Positions 27,149-39,572 are shown, numbered from the whole stretch's first letter. The stretch is DNA of 63,811 nucleotides, filler included, from Octopus bimaculoides (GCF_001194135.2; 5 parts of 3 records of this genome joined end to end with filler, not necessarily neighbours in it); one strand, 5' to 3'. A program made the numbers and translations. The notes: a model not told the origin generated them from the letters alone.

Positions 27149-27668
27149 TTATCTATCTATTTATCTATCTATCTATCTAAATAGACAGCTACACAGGTAA
27201 AAATGGATAGGTAAACAGAGAGAGAGAAGGGGGGAGGTAGAATCTTGACTGAGAGTATTAGCTAGCTGTAGGTGTCAATTCCTTTTTGTAAACCCAGGGA
27301 TAAAGAGAGTTCTTCTTTATTCTCCTATTTCCCTTCTGACGTGGAGACACACAGCGTTGCTTCCATGACGGTTTCGAATACTACCTGCTGTGCCGTTGAA
27401 ATCTGCAAGAAAGATGATTTTGTCATGTTTTGAAATGTAGTAAATGAGGTTCGTTATAGGTTCGTAAAAATACTTCCTCTTTCCTCGTCATGGCTGACGT
27501 GTATCTTCTCAACACAGTTCCGTTTATTTTTGCAAGCTTTCCACAATGGTCATCGATTTATATACTCCCTTTTTCTTTTCCCTCCATCATCTTCTCTGTC
27601 TCTCTCGTTCTGTCTCCCTCTGTCTGTCTGTCTGTCTCTCTCACGCTTTGCAGCTCCTTGCGCGCACG

Positions 27669-27719
<51 letters not shown>

Positions 27720-28157
27720 NNNNNNNNNNNNNNNNNNNNNNNNNNNNNNNNNNNNNNNNNNNNNNNNNNNNNNNNNNNNNNNNNNNNNNNNNNNNNNNNN
27801 NNNNNNNNNNNNNNNNNNNNNNNNNNNNNNNNNNNNNNNNNNNNNNNNNNNNNNNNNNNNNNNNNNNNNNNNNNNNNNNNNNNNNNNNNNNNNNNNNNNN
27901 NNNNNNNNNNNNNNNNNNNNNNNNNNNNNNNNNNNNNNNNNNNNNNNNNNNNNNNNNNNNNNNNNNNNNNNNNNNNNNNNNNNNNNNNNNNNNNNNNNNN
28001 NNNNNNNNNNNNNNNNNNNNNNNNNNNNNNNNNNNNNNNNNNNNNNNNNNNNNNNNNNNNNNNNNNNNNNNNNNNNNNNNNNNNNNNNNNNNNNNNNNNN
28101 NNNNNNNNNNNNNNNNNNNNNNNNNNNNNNNNNNNNNNNNNNNNNNNNNNNNNNNNN

Positions 28158-28650
28158 CCGCAACGGCTGCCGCCTCCACCGCCGCCGCCTCCACCGCCTC
28201 CACCGCCGCCACTGCTATAGCCGCCGCCACCACCACAACCATCAACACCACCACATTCATCAATACCAGCGTTACGCCTGTCACTACCATTACCACTACT
28301 AACACATCTAACCACCACTGCCACTGCCCTCACCATCGCCATCTTCATCGCCATCGCCACTTCACTAGTAGCACCACTGCTGCAACTACCGTCAGAACCA
28401 AGGGTTCAACGATTCAACCACCACCACCACCTACCATCATCAATAACAACCACAATTACAACTACTGCAACTACAATACACTACCCCCACCCAATTCCAT
28501 TCATATTCTTCCATTTCCCTGTATCCATTTTTTTTCTCTTTTCCTTCATACACCCTCATATCTTCAATGTTGTCATTGTTGTTGTTCTTGTTGCTGTTGA
28601 TGTTAATAATGCTAGTGTTATGCTTCTTACTTATTGTTGTTATTACTGTT
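28158..28650. repeat. Compound degenerate trinucleotide tract (CCG/CAC/CAA, then TTG)
   Basis: Directly visible. Confidence 0.85.
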
Positions 28651-28889
28651 GCCAGGAATCGAGGATGTTTGTTCGTATTAAACTGTATATACATATATAN
28701 NNNNNNNNNNNNNNNNNNNNNNNNNNNNNNNNNNNNNNNNNNNNNNNNNNNNNNNNNNNNNNNNNNNNNNNNNNNNNNNNNNNNNNNNNNNNNNNNNNNN
28801 NNNNNNNNNNNNNNNNNNNNNNNNNNNNNNNNNNNNNNNNNNNNNNNNNNNNNNNNNNNNNNNNNNNNNNNNNNNNNNNNNNNNNNNNN

Positions 28890-28933
<44 letters not shown>

Positions 28934-29193
28934 TCTAGACGCATATATATGTATGTATTATGTACATACCAGTAAATTTATATATGTGTGTGTGTTTGTG
29001 CGCGTGTTTGTCTACATATCTGTGTACAAAGATCTAGTATACAATATATAAATTCATACATATGCATATAGGCGTATTTTATATGTATATAAACATCCTG
29101 TCTTATGTATATGTATATATATGTACACACACGCACACGCATACACACTCACTCACTCACTCACATATATAATCATACATAAATTTCGCTAAA

Positions 29194-30038
29194 TGCGAGA
29201 GTTGGACGCAATAATGGGAATACCACTTTTTGTATTGGCAACATGACAAAATCAAAACTGTTCTAGTTTGTATTTATCTGTTAATATGTATTATGTATGC
29301 CTTGAGCTTCATGATATTGCCCTCCGTTTTTCTTTGCAGATATATGTATTTAAAGAAGTTATCATGCGTGACCTATCTGATTTCAAAAGAGGGCGAATTA
29401 TTGGAGCACCAATGGTTCGAGCTTCAGTTACTAAAGCTGCTGAATTGTTTTAAGATTAGAGGATCAATCTCTAACGTCCAAAGCCAAAGTAGGAACAGCT
29501 ATGGCAAGTATAATTCTGCACGGATGGCAAAGTTTTTAGAGAGGGATCACAGAATAGGGAAATATATGGTGTCTAGAAAATAAAACCATTGAACAATGGT
29601 CGCAAAAATGACACCTGAGTCGAAGAACCAACTTGCCAACCTTGTGTGAACCAAGATTCAATAATGCACTTATTCACTCGGTTTATGTTGTTCAAAATCG
29701 AGATAAAGAGAACAAAAGTGACGTGGACCACTACAAAAAAAAAAAAAAAAAAAATCACCCTTCCCCAATCAACGTGTCTCAATATAATCGATCATTTATG
29801 GTGCATTTTGGAGCAGCTAATCAGAAGTCGCTTCTCTCTTCCGACATCGCTAAAAGAACTAAAGCAAGTTTTACTTGAAGAATAGCTCAAAATTCCTTTA
29901 ACAACCGTTCAGCACTATAATGAGTCAATTCCTCGACATATTAAATCTGTGATTGATGCCAAAAGCCGACCAACGCCATACTGAATAATAAAACTTCCGT
30001 TTAACTAAGGGTTCCCATTTTTCTACCCAAACCCTGTA
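29194..30038 (+). mobile_element. Tc1-like DNA transposon, internally deleted
   Basis: N-terminal MRDLSDFKRGRIIGAPMVRASVTKAAELF and C-terminal PQSTCLNIIDHLWCILEQLIRSR...IPRHIKSVIDAK. Degenerate ~30-bp TIRs at 29194-29224 and 30009-30038. Confidence 0.8.
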
Positions 30039-30639
30039 TGTACCTATGTTTATAGACATATGCATCCATTGTTATAATATTCCATACAACTTAGCATAAA
30101 TACTGAAATATACACATGTAATTAAACACACACACACAAGTGTGTGTATATAAGCATAAATGCGTGTATGTACATATCTGTGTGTATGTGTATAAGTGCG
30201 TGTAAAACTGCATTTATTGATGCGTACATATTTATAAGTTTTAATAAACTTCACAAATTATTTGGAAGACGTACAATTCTTCTATGTTATCTTATAATTA
30301 GCGACAATTGTACTGTCACATGTTTTACGGCTAATCTGCACCTAACTTTTGTTGGGGCGAATGATAGTTATACTTGGAAAGTGAAATGCATTAAAATAAT
30401 GTAGTAAAAATTCACGTTTGATTTCTTCGAACTCTATTGAGATTGTTTTGAAATGGTAAAGCAACAAAACTTTATGGTTCCTGTGGAGCCGTTTTTAGAT
30501 TCAGAAACAAAAAGGAAAAGGAGTATTCTAAATACACCGAAGGAATCGTTAATGGAGATAATAAATGGCGATGTTTTGAAACTTGAGCAAAACATAACTA
30601 ATTTATGCTATGTCAATACAGACGCTGCTTAACGAAAGT

Positions 30640-30900
30640 GAAGTTATATCGTCTACTCTCTTTCTCATTCTCCGTACACTGGTCAAACTGGCCGGCTTTA
30701 GGAGTCCGGTTTTCCGAATATCTCTGGGACATCAGACTCGGCAAGGACACTCCGGTTTCGCGCCACTTCCGCTCGACTGGTTACTCCCTGCAACATCTGT
30801 ATTCGGACTAGCGTTGCACAGAAGGTACCCGGACTACCGCCTCCTTCGAGAATAGAGTTTATTTTCTCTCCCCATTCCTCAATCCCTCATAACCACAATT
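30640..30900 (+). mobile_element. Penelope-like GIY-YIG remnant
   Basis: Frameshifted YTGQTGRL / VRFSEYLWDIRLGKDTPVSRHFRSTGYSLQHL, similar to YIGETGR..RF.EH..DI...VARHF. Confidence 0.6.
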
Positions 30901-31499
30901 CTTCACCTCCCTTGATCTAAACCCAACTCCACACATATTTATAGACACTACACACCTAAATTCCACTACCCCTCCACATAACATTCTCGTCACCGTTATA
31001 CTCATTATACATACTGCACATACCATTTTCCCTCTACAACATATATACACACCTACATACATGCATACGCACATACACACTCCTTACCACTTCACACACA
31101 CACACACTTCCATTTATCCTTTAAGTTTAGTAAATGTATATAGTCACGTAAACACACCTCCCAGCCCCTAGGTCATGTTACTCTATTCCACCTCGCACTT
31201 CCATCCATGTCGACCCACAAAACCGCCCCTCTCAACACATGTAGGTCAGATATCCTCACTTACACACAAGCGTTCTTACATACATATGTACATACACAGA
31301 ATGTACAAATATATCAGCTTCATAGACACACTATATCCAATAGCCCCATATACACACACCAACTGATAACAGGGACACGCATATTCGCTCACATACATAC
31401 ACACACATAAATGTACACAGTATTCACACATAAACACACGTAATTCACATGCACACAATAGAGTCACACATATGCGCTTCCACGCACATACATATACAT

Positions 31500-31640
31500 C
31501 AGGATTCTTTCAGTTTTAATCTACCAAAGTCACTCAAAAGGCATTGGTCGGCCCGAGGTTTGTCCAAGGTGTCACGCAGTGGGACTGAACCCGGAACCGT
31601 GTAGAAGCAAACTTCTTACTACTCAGTCATGCTTGCACCT
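31500..31640 (-). mobile_element. SINE family A head fragment
   Basis: CCAAGGTGTCACGCAGTGGGACTGAACCCGGAACC match. Confidence 0.7.
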
Positions 31641-31727
31641 ATGTCACATCAGCGCCTCAAAACGTAACCACGTGTGAATCGTTGGCGATTTTTTTCCTAC
31701 GGCTTTCCTTCTATTAGACTTTCCTGT

Positions 31728-31763
31728 GTTTCCGAAGAAGAGCGTCTGCTCGAAACGTTAAAC
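31728..31763 (+). ncRNA. Hammerhead-ribozyme-like motif (minimal type I), U4C variant
   Basis: GTTT-CCGAAGA-A-GAGC-GTCT-GCTC-GAAA-CGT-T-AAAC. Confidence 0.5.
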
Positions 31764-32267
31764 CATCTTTACTTTCCTGAGCGTCTGCTAATACATTACA
31801 GGTACTACGTCCTCGCGTTGTTGTTTTTTGTGTTTGTTCTTTTGGGGATTTNNNNNNNNNNNNNNNNNNNNNNNNNNNNNNNNNNNNNNNNNNNNNNNNN
31901 NNNNNNNNNNNNNNNNNNNNNNNNNNNNNNNNNNNNNNNNNNNNNNNNNNNNNNNNNNAGAGAGAGAGAGAGAGAGAGAAAGAAAGAGAGATAACAGTTG
32001 AAAGCTTCACAACTTGTTACTCTAAGTTTCACAGTATCCATTCATCACCATACCCCACCCTCAGCACACGCACGCATTTATACATGCCTACCTCATCTCT
32101 CTCTCTCGCTCTCTCTCTATTTGTGAATCACTTTCTTATATCTGTGCCTCTTCATCGTCACTCTCTTCTCTCCGAGTCTCTCTTTATATCTATAAATGTA
32201 ACATGTGGATCATTAACGATTTTTTTTTACTCGTTTTCTTTGTCTCTTGGACTTACCTCTGCCTCCT

Positions 32268-32302
32268 GTTTCTGAAGAAGAGCTTCGCACGAAACGTAAA
32301 GC
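32268..32302 (+). ncRNA. Hammerhead-ribozyme-like motif (minimal type I), intact core
   Basis: GTTT-CTGAAGA-A-GAGC-TTC-GCAC-GAAA-CGT-A-AAGC; one helix II mismatch. Confidence 0.5.
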
Positions 32303-32525
32303 TACATTTCCTGCCAGTTGGCTTAGCTTGAAGCATCTATCTTTCCTGTGGCCTCTCAATGCAGAGGAGTAGGGAGATTCTCGCTGGTCTCAAGATATGC
32401 GCACTCTATCGTTGAACTAGGTATAAATACAAAACATAAGATCTTAAAGAAGCAGGAGCTGTATAGAATACATGCCTTTATACGACCTTCACTTTCTATG
32501 GATTTCCTTTGTAAACTGAATAATA

Positions 32526-33781
32526 TTAGGTCGTCAAGTATGAAATTTGTAGTAAGGTATATGGTAAGCTTTGACAGCTGCTTATTTTGCGCCATTATTA
32601 TATTTTGACAATCTTTGTTTCTTGTTAGAAAGCTGATACATCTATTTCTTTATTCTAACTCATTTTGCGCTTCATAAATCACTTTTTGCTATTCTTGTTT
32701 AGAGATGGATAAGTCGGATATTCGCACAGTTCTGAAATATGAGTTCTTTCTTGGAAATACAGCACCACAGACAGCTCGGAATATTAATGGAGTATTTCAT
32801 TCGAATATTATTACACAGCAGACTGTATCAAATTGGTTTGCAAAATTTCGTTCTGGTAACTTTGACCTCACAAATGAACAATGCGGTCGACCAGAAACAA
32901 AAGTGGATAATGACGAACTGAAAGCCACCGTCGAGTCAGATCCATCTCAAAGTGTCCCTGAATTATCGTTGTTGTTTGGAGTTATCAAGCAACGATATTG
33001 ACTCACTTAGTTCAAATCGGTAAAATGAAAAAGTTGGATAAGTGGGTTCCACACGAACTCAATGAAAATCAGAAACAGCAACGTTTGGAAGCCTGCATTA
33101 TACTACTTTCTCGACTCAAAAATGAATAATTTTTTAATCGAATTGTAACATGTGATGAGAAATGAATCCAATACAACAACCATAAATGTTCAGCACAATG
33201 GTTGGACAAAGATGAGCCACCGAAACACAGTCCAAAAATCAAAATTCATCAAAAGAAGCTGATAGTGTGTGTTTGGCGGTCTGGCGCAGGTGTGATCCAT
33301 TATGATTTCATTAAACCTGGCTCATCAATCACGGCCGACGTATACTGCAGTCAACTGGACCCAATGATGCAGAAACTTACAAAAAAAAAACCTAGATTAG
33401 TCAACAGATCCACTCCTATTTTATTGCAAGACAACACCAGACCACACATCACAAAAATGACATTGGCAAAACTACAGGTGTTGGAAGTTCTCCATCATCC
33501 ACTATATTCACTTGATCTTGCCCCCACTGACTACCACTTCTTCCAGAATTTGGATAACTTTTTGATAGGAAAAAAATTCCGACGATGCTGTAAAATCCTT
33601 CGATGATTTTATTGACTCTAGATTGCCAAGCTTTCATAGTTCCGGGCTGGACAAGCTACCGCTGAAATGGCAAAAGTCTTTTGACAATATGGATGCATAC
33701 TTTAGTGAATAAAATTATTCCTTTTATTTATAAAACATTTGCATTTTTTCTTTTCTACAAATTTCATACTTGATGTCCTAA
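32526..33781 (+). mobile_element. Full-length-size mariner (cecropia/Hsmar1-like), transposase disrupted
   Basis: 27-bp TIRs TTAGGTCGTCAAGTATGAAATTTGTAG / CTACAAATTTCATACTTGATGTCCTAA (2 mismatches) with TA on both sides. Motifs WVPHEL, VTCDEK, LQDNTRPH, YSLDLAPTDYHFF; stops and frameshifts present. Confidence 0.95.
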
Positions 33782-34019
33782 TATAAGCGTAATGAATAAT
33801 GATATTCACGGATGGTTAAGTTCAGCAGGTTGTTGGATGGGTCCCTGCAGCCCTGCAATGCAATTCTAGCTATCGCATTTGTGGCTACAAAAGCATTATT
33901 CGAGAGTATTAGATACAGCAAGATTCAAAGGCATGGTTATAAGGCTGATTTGAAACTGAACTTGACTGCAGAATCTTAGAACTAATAAACATATTCCGAC
34001 CTCTATCTCTACCACCACT

Positions 34020-34209
34020 ATGATCACATCCGTCTACACAACCACTTCCACTACAACTACATCTATTTACACGACCACCACACTACACCACACCACTACG
34101 GTTCATTCCCTGCTATCTATACAACCGTCACCAATACAACCCCTTATTTGCAACCACCACAACGACAACAACATCTCTACCAAACACGACCACAATCGCA
34201 ACCACCAGC

Positions 34210-34242
<33 letters not shown>

Positions 34243-34491
34243 ACCACCACAACCACCACCACCACCACCACCACCAACGCTGCCTTCACTCCTATCAGTA
34301 TTAATACCATCACAATTAACCATCTATGCCCATATCACCACTATCACCATCCCCACAGAATCCCCATCATCGCTGCCAACAATCTATACTGTTTCTACAG
34401 ACACGCTATAGTTAATTATTTTTTTTTAATACATTTTTATTATTGATGTTGTTTTGTTTAGTAATATGCTGTTTTGATATTTCTTCATGAT

Positions 34492-34522
<31 letters not shown>

Positions 34523-34523
34523 C

Positions 34524-34573
<50 letters not shown>

Positions 34574-34679
34574 TATTGTGTAGTGGCCATGTTTTGTCGA
34601 TATGATGGTTACATGCTGAGTTTTGTTGCAAATAACTTCCTATCCACGACTCCACGACCTCATCTAAATCGTTATTGAG

Positions 34680-34773
<94 letters not shown>

Positions 34774-34883
34774 AGTCGAAGTAGTGGTAGTAGTAGTAGG
34801 ATAGTATAATAATAAAAGCATATTAGTTTCAATAGTAGCAGTTGTATTAGTAGTTCAGGTGGTGTTAGAAATAGATTTGTAGC

Positions 34884-34940
<57 letters not shown>
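34020..34940. repeat. Compound trinucleotide ladder (CAC, ACA, TAA, CTA, CTG, TAG, TAA)
   Basis: Directly visible. Confidence 0.92.
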
Positions 34941-37772
34941 GTGATAGCACTTCCGTTCACCATCTGTCGCATGTCAAGAGCATGAATGATGATCACCAGT
35001 TCACAACAAAAGCTCAACTCTCACTTATGAATCCAAGTAGCCGGTGGTGCACGCCGGCGGTCATGCCCTGGGCACTCCACTCGACAATGGTGCTAAACTA
35101 AGTGAGGGGCAACGGCAGTCAGACTGCTGTTGTGGCTGAAGGGATACCTTCCCTTAAGTGCATGAAGCCTGAGACGGCGGAGAGGGCAGATGACCCTTAG
35201 AGTCAGATGGACAACGGCCTTGAAGGTGGGCCCAGCAATGTGTGTGATTCGCATAGGGCACACTCAGGTACTCAAGGAATATGTGGCCAATCACCATGAA
35301 TATACCCAGTAGTTGACCAATAATGGATAAAGTCAATAAAAAACAACCCATACCGCATCGCTCGTCTCGCGGGTCAACAAGGAGCGCGCCCCCTAGTGAG
35401 GAGTCAGGCTGGCAGCGAAAAGTTGGTTACTGATTCGAACTGTACCCACTCCCAGGCAACTGTGGGCAACTTAACCGAGGAAAACCTCAATATGAGCCAC
35501 ACCGATGCAAGCCATACTACACGCAAAAACCCCTGGAACTAAATGGAATCGGGAAGAGTATAAACTAGTAATGGAGCGCATACTATACGGCGGTAGTCAC
35601 ACCATGAGAAGATAACACGACAAAAAGGGCTTATCAATTATGGAGACAAAACAAAATCCAACTTCAAGGTTAAATATGGATCCCAACAAGTTAGGGAATG
35701 TCCGAAGAGATATCATTAATAACAGGAGGCTCACAGACACTGAACTGGAAGAAATAAAAGAAAAAGTCAACAGATCTCACCGTATAACATCAAATACAAA
35801 TGAAATAGAAATAGGGACAACAGAAAACCATGAAGAGGATGTATTTGAGGAGCCCTCTGTGGGTAATGAGATAGAAGAACCTGTAAATCAACCAACAGCA
35901 AGAAACAGTGACATGAATAGGGAGAGATATTTGGAACTAAAAGAAGAAATACAGAGAAAATGGGAACAGGTAAAAGCACAAGGCACCACAGACAGAGAGC
36001 CCCTACCAAAAGTCAGTATGGATAAGAACCTGAAGGAGTTGATTAAAATTGGCAACAATGTAATAGATGAGATAACATCAACAACAATAGAACCACTAAA
36101 TATAACATCGCTAAACCAACTAGCCTATGCTAGAGCTGCAGCTATTACTGAAGCAAAAGGCATAAAACTAAAAAGGAAAAGTGCTCAGCAGAAGAAAAGA
36201 CAACCAAAATGGAGAGAAAACTTAGAAAAGGATATACAATGCATGAGAGGCGACGTATAATTAATTAATGACCGAAATAAGTAACGGAAACCAGGTCAAC
36301 CAAAGAAAAACCAAGAAAATATGCAAAAAGCATCGGATAAAAAAAAAAAATGAAATACCTGAAGCAAAAGAAAACCTAAAGCAAAAAATCCAAGCAAAGG
36401 CTCAACGACTGTCACGATATATAAAGAGAAGCAAACAGTTTAGATAAAACAAATTATTTAAAGATGGAAAGAAATTTTACAGGGGAACTCGGTAAACAAC
36501 AAATAAATGTTGAGCAACGGCCAAAGAAAGAGGAAATGGAAAATTTCTGGAGTACGATAAGGGAAAATGAAAAGCAACATAATGAAGATGCAGAATGGAT
36601 TAAGGAACAAGAAACACTCCTGGAAAATAAAGAAGTACAGGAATGGGAAGATATTCAAAAGGAGGAAGTCACCCTGGCCCTGAAAAAGGCCAACAATTAG
36701 AAGTCACCGGGAATAGATCGAGTGCCAAACTTCTGGATCAAACAGCTAGTTGATATACATGGAGATATGTCATCAGCATACAATGAAGTCATGAAAAACC
36801 CAGAAAATAGCCCAGACTGGTTGACACAGGGAGTGACATACCTAATACCAAAAATAAATGACACAGAAAACCCGAAGAACTATAGACCAATCACCTGTCT
36901 ACCAACAATGTATAAAATATTAGCATCTGTAATCACTGAAAGAACATACACATTCCAAGAAGAAAACAACCTACTACCACCAGAACAAAAAGGTTGTCGA
37001 ACAGGGAGCTACGGATGCAAGGACCAATTGCTGATAAACAAAACGATCCTTGAAGACTGCAAAACCAAGAAAACGAACCTGAGCAAATCATGGATCGACT
37101 ATAAAAAGGCGTTCAATAGTGTACCTCACACATGGATTCTGAAAGTGATGGAAGTATACAAAGTATCCCCAACTCTCATCAAGTTTATGAAACACGGCAT
37201 GAATACATGAGAAACTACATTGAATCATTCCGGTGGAACAATAAACAAGCAGACCAATCAAAATCAAATGTGGTATCTTCCAAGGGGACTTGGACTCGCT
37301 GTCACCCTTAATAATCTGCTTGGCACTGGCACCATTAAGTACCATGCTCAACAAAATCGGGTATGGATATGAGATCAAGAAGAAAAAAAGGAGTCATCTG
37401 TTCTACATGGATGATCTGAAAATGTACTCAGAAAATGACGAACAACAAGGTCTACTTGCTACGGTTAAAAAGTTCAGTGATGATATCAGGATGCAGTTTG
37501 GACTGGAGAAATGCGCGAAAGCCACTTTCATAAGAGGCAAACTGGGGAATGAAAAGCAACACAGCACCAGTGGGGCTAATTAAAAAGGGCCTAGATAAGC
37601 AGCTCAACAAACTTCCTTGCAGTGTCAACGTGGGAGAACTTCAGAAAATAGTGTTGCTAGGTTCTGCACACATTTTACGCCGTGTAGTCTCCTTGAAATG
37701 AGGACCTGCTGTGACCCTAGGGTCAAGGGATGACCTCGGTTCAGTAGAAGACAATGGATCATATTTTATTTT
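34941..37772 (+). mobile_element. R4/Dong-like RLE non-LTR retrotransposon, decayed and internally deleted, inserted in (TAA)n
   Basis: Broken ORFs with N-terminal KWNREEYKLVME...NKLGNVRRDII, RT motifs YRPITCL, EQKGCR, WIDYKKAFNSVPH, GIFQGD-region, SHLFYMDDLKMY, and C-terminal LQKIVLLGSAHILRRV*. Flanked by (TAA)n at 34885-34940 and 37773-37958. Confidence 0.9.
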
Positions 37773-37803
<31 letters not shown>

Positions 37804-37859
37804 TAATAATAATAATAATAACAATAATAATAATAATAATAATTATAATAATGACGATG

Positions 37860-37941
<82 letters not shown>

Positions 37942-37958
37942 TAACAATGATAGCAATT
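37773..37958. repeat. (TAA)n microsatellite
   Basis: Directly visible. Confidence 0.97.
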
Positions 37959-38049
37959 AATTTATGTGATTTTTATACCGTTGAAAATAAGGATTTCTTA
38001 ATTTGCCAAAACGGGAATATTAATTGCTAAGACGAATATAACTGAATTT

Positions 38050-38185
38050 GCAATTCACATGATTTTTATTTGCCAGAGAAGGGTGACATATTAGTTGAAC
38101 ATTGCAATATGTTAACCAAGAAATCAGAGTTAATGTCTAAGTGCAGGCATGTGAATAAATTCCTCTTGAAAAATTCCAACAGTTG
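38050..38185 (+). mobile_element. Penelope-like C-terminal remnant
   Basis: LPEKGDILVEHCNMLTKKSELMSKCRHVNKFLL resembles the LLNKRSEL.SKCRH.NKF.L tail of GIY-YIG-ending retroelements. Confidence 0.5.
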
Positions 38186-38459
38186 ATCGGGTGACTAAAC
38201 TCCTGGACAAGTTTTGGCTAAACTAAAGATACACACCGCAAAACCAGATGGAAATCCATCTCTGAATGATGCAACACTAAATATTTGACGATCGTTAGCC
38301 TCTTCTTTTCAGTATTTCCCCCATCCAGTATGAGTGACAAACAAGAACTCTCCTCACCAACCAACAGATCGCTCTACTAACATTGGTATACAATTTATCA
38401 CCTGAATAGTCGTCGTTGTTGTGATGTTGTTATGATGTCATCGTTGTCCTCCTCCTCCA

Positions 38460-38553
38460 TTCTTCTTCTTCTTCTTCTTCTTCTTCTTCTTCTTCTTCTT
38501 CTTCTTCTTCTTCTTCTTCTTCTTCTTCTTCTTCTTCTTCGTCGTCGTCGTCG
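38460..38553. repeat. (CTT)n followed by (GTC)n
   Basis: Directly visible. Confidence 0.95.
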
Positions 38554-38744
38554 TTATTGCTACGGATGCTTAAATCTTGAGTCAGTCCAAACTTAAAGTT
38601 AATTTACGAAGTTTCTGGGAAGTTCTTTTGTTAAATGCTTTTCAAAGTCGACATAAAAATTATTTAAAGCAGTTTTCTCAACCATTGTAATCTATGGACC
38701 ACTTTGATTCCAATTTTACTCAAATGGATCCTCATGGACATTCT

Positions 38745-38900
38745 TGGGTGTGTGATAAATGTTTGCTTCTCAACTACATGGTTCCAGGTTCAGTCTCAAT
38801 GTGTGACCCCTTGGGCAAGTGTCTTCTACTATAGCTTCGGGCCGATCAAAGCCTTGTGAGTGGATTTGGTAGATTGTAAGCTGGAATAATCCCGTCGTAG
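38745..38900 (+). mobile_element. SINE family A head
   Basis: CACATGGTTCCAGGTTCAGTC...GCCTTGTGAGTGGATTTGGTAG match. Confidence 0.75.
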
Positions 38901-39275
38901 ATATATATATATATACAAATTAAAAGGGTAAAGGTTTATCAATTTATTAATTTATTAATAAATCAACAATTAATAATTTTTACCAAGCCCTTCGGTATGT
39001 AAGCACCTTTATCGGTGGAGAACTTATTTAAAAGTTCATATACATTTATAAACATAATTAAGGGATCAGCAAACATTTGCTCCACCACATACCGAAGTTC
39101 AGAAATAGCAGCTAAGAAAGCTGAGACTCCAACAGATAGCATTACTTGTAACTCACAAAGGCAAAAACAAGAAGANNNNNNNNNNNNNNNNNNNNNNNNN
39201 NNNNNNNNNNNNNNNNNNNTTAATTAATTAANNNNNNNNNNNNNNNNNNNNNNNNNNNNNNNNNNNNNNNNNNNN

Positions 39276-39347
39276 CTGGAGTCGATCTAATCGACTGGCC
39301 CTCTCCCCCCAAATTTCGGGCCTTGTGCCTAGAGTAGAAAAGAATAT
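39276..39347 (+). mobile_element. SINE family B tail, after a gap
   Basis: GTCGATCTAATCGACTGGCC...AAATTTCGGGCCTTGTGCCTAGAGTAGAAAAG. Confidence 0.7.
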
Positions 39348-39463
39348 TAGTGGCAATTTTGTCATGGGGGTTGATAAAAATCGACTCCACCCTCTCTCCA
39401 AATTTGTTTTATTTTGTGTCAGATTTAAAACCCAGTAATTTTTGGTTCAATTTCTGAAATCAG

Positions 39464-39572
39464 GCCATCCACTCCTATACAAGAAGTCATTGCAAATAAA
39501 TTTGGAACAATGTGGGTGCAAGAGAAGAAAGACGAATTAGTGCGACGGCAGCAGAAAGAAAATCGTATGCAG
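39464..39572 (+). CDS. CFAP77: CFAP77-like internal exon (phase 2 to 0): (R)PSTPIQEVIANKFGTMWVQEKKDELVRRQQKENRMQ
   Basis: Acceptor ttctgaaatcAG| and donor CAG|GTGAGT. The RPSTP...WVQE motif matches my recollection of CFAP77 ([23 protein letters not shown]). Splices in frame to the next two exons. Confidence 0.85.

Noticed and set aside
27385-27402. Possible 18-nt microexon (ISTAQQ) upstream of the minus-strand candidate ORF
   Set aside because: Too short and the donor is weak; indistinguishable from a cryptic site.
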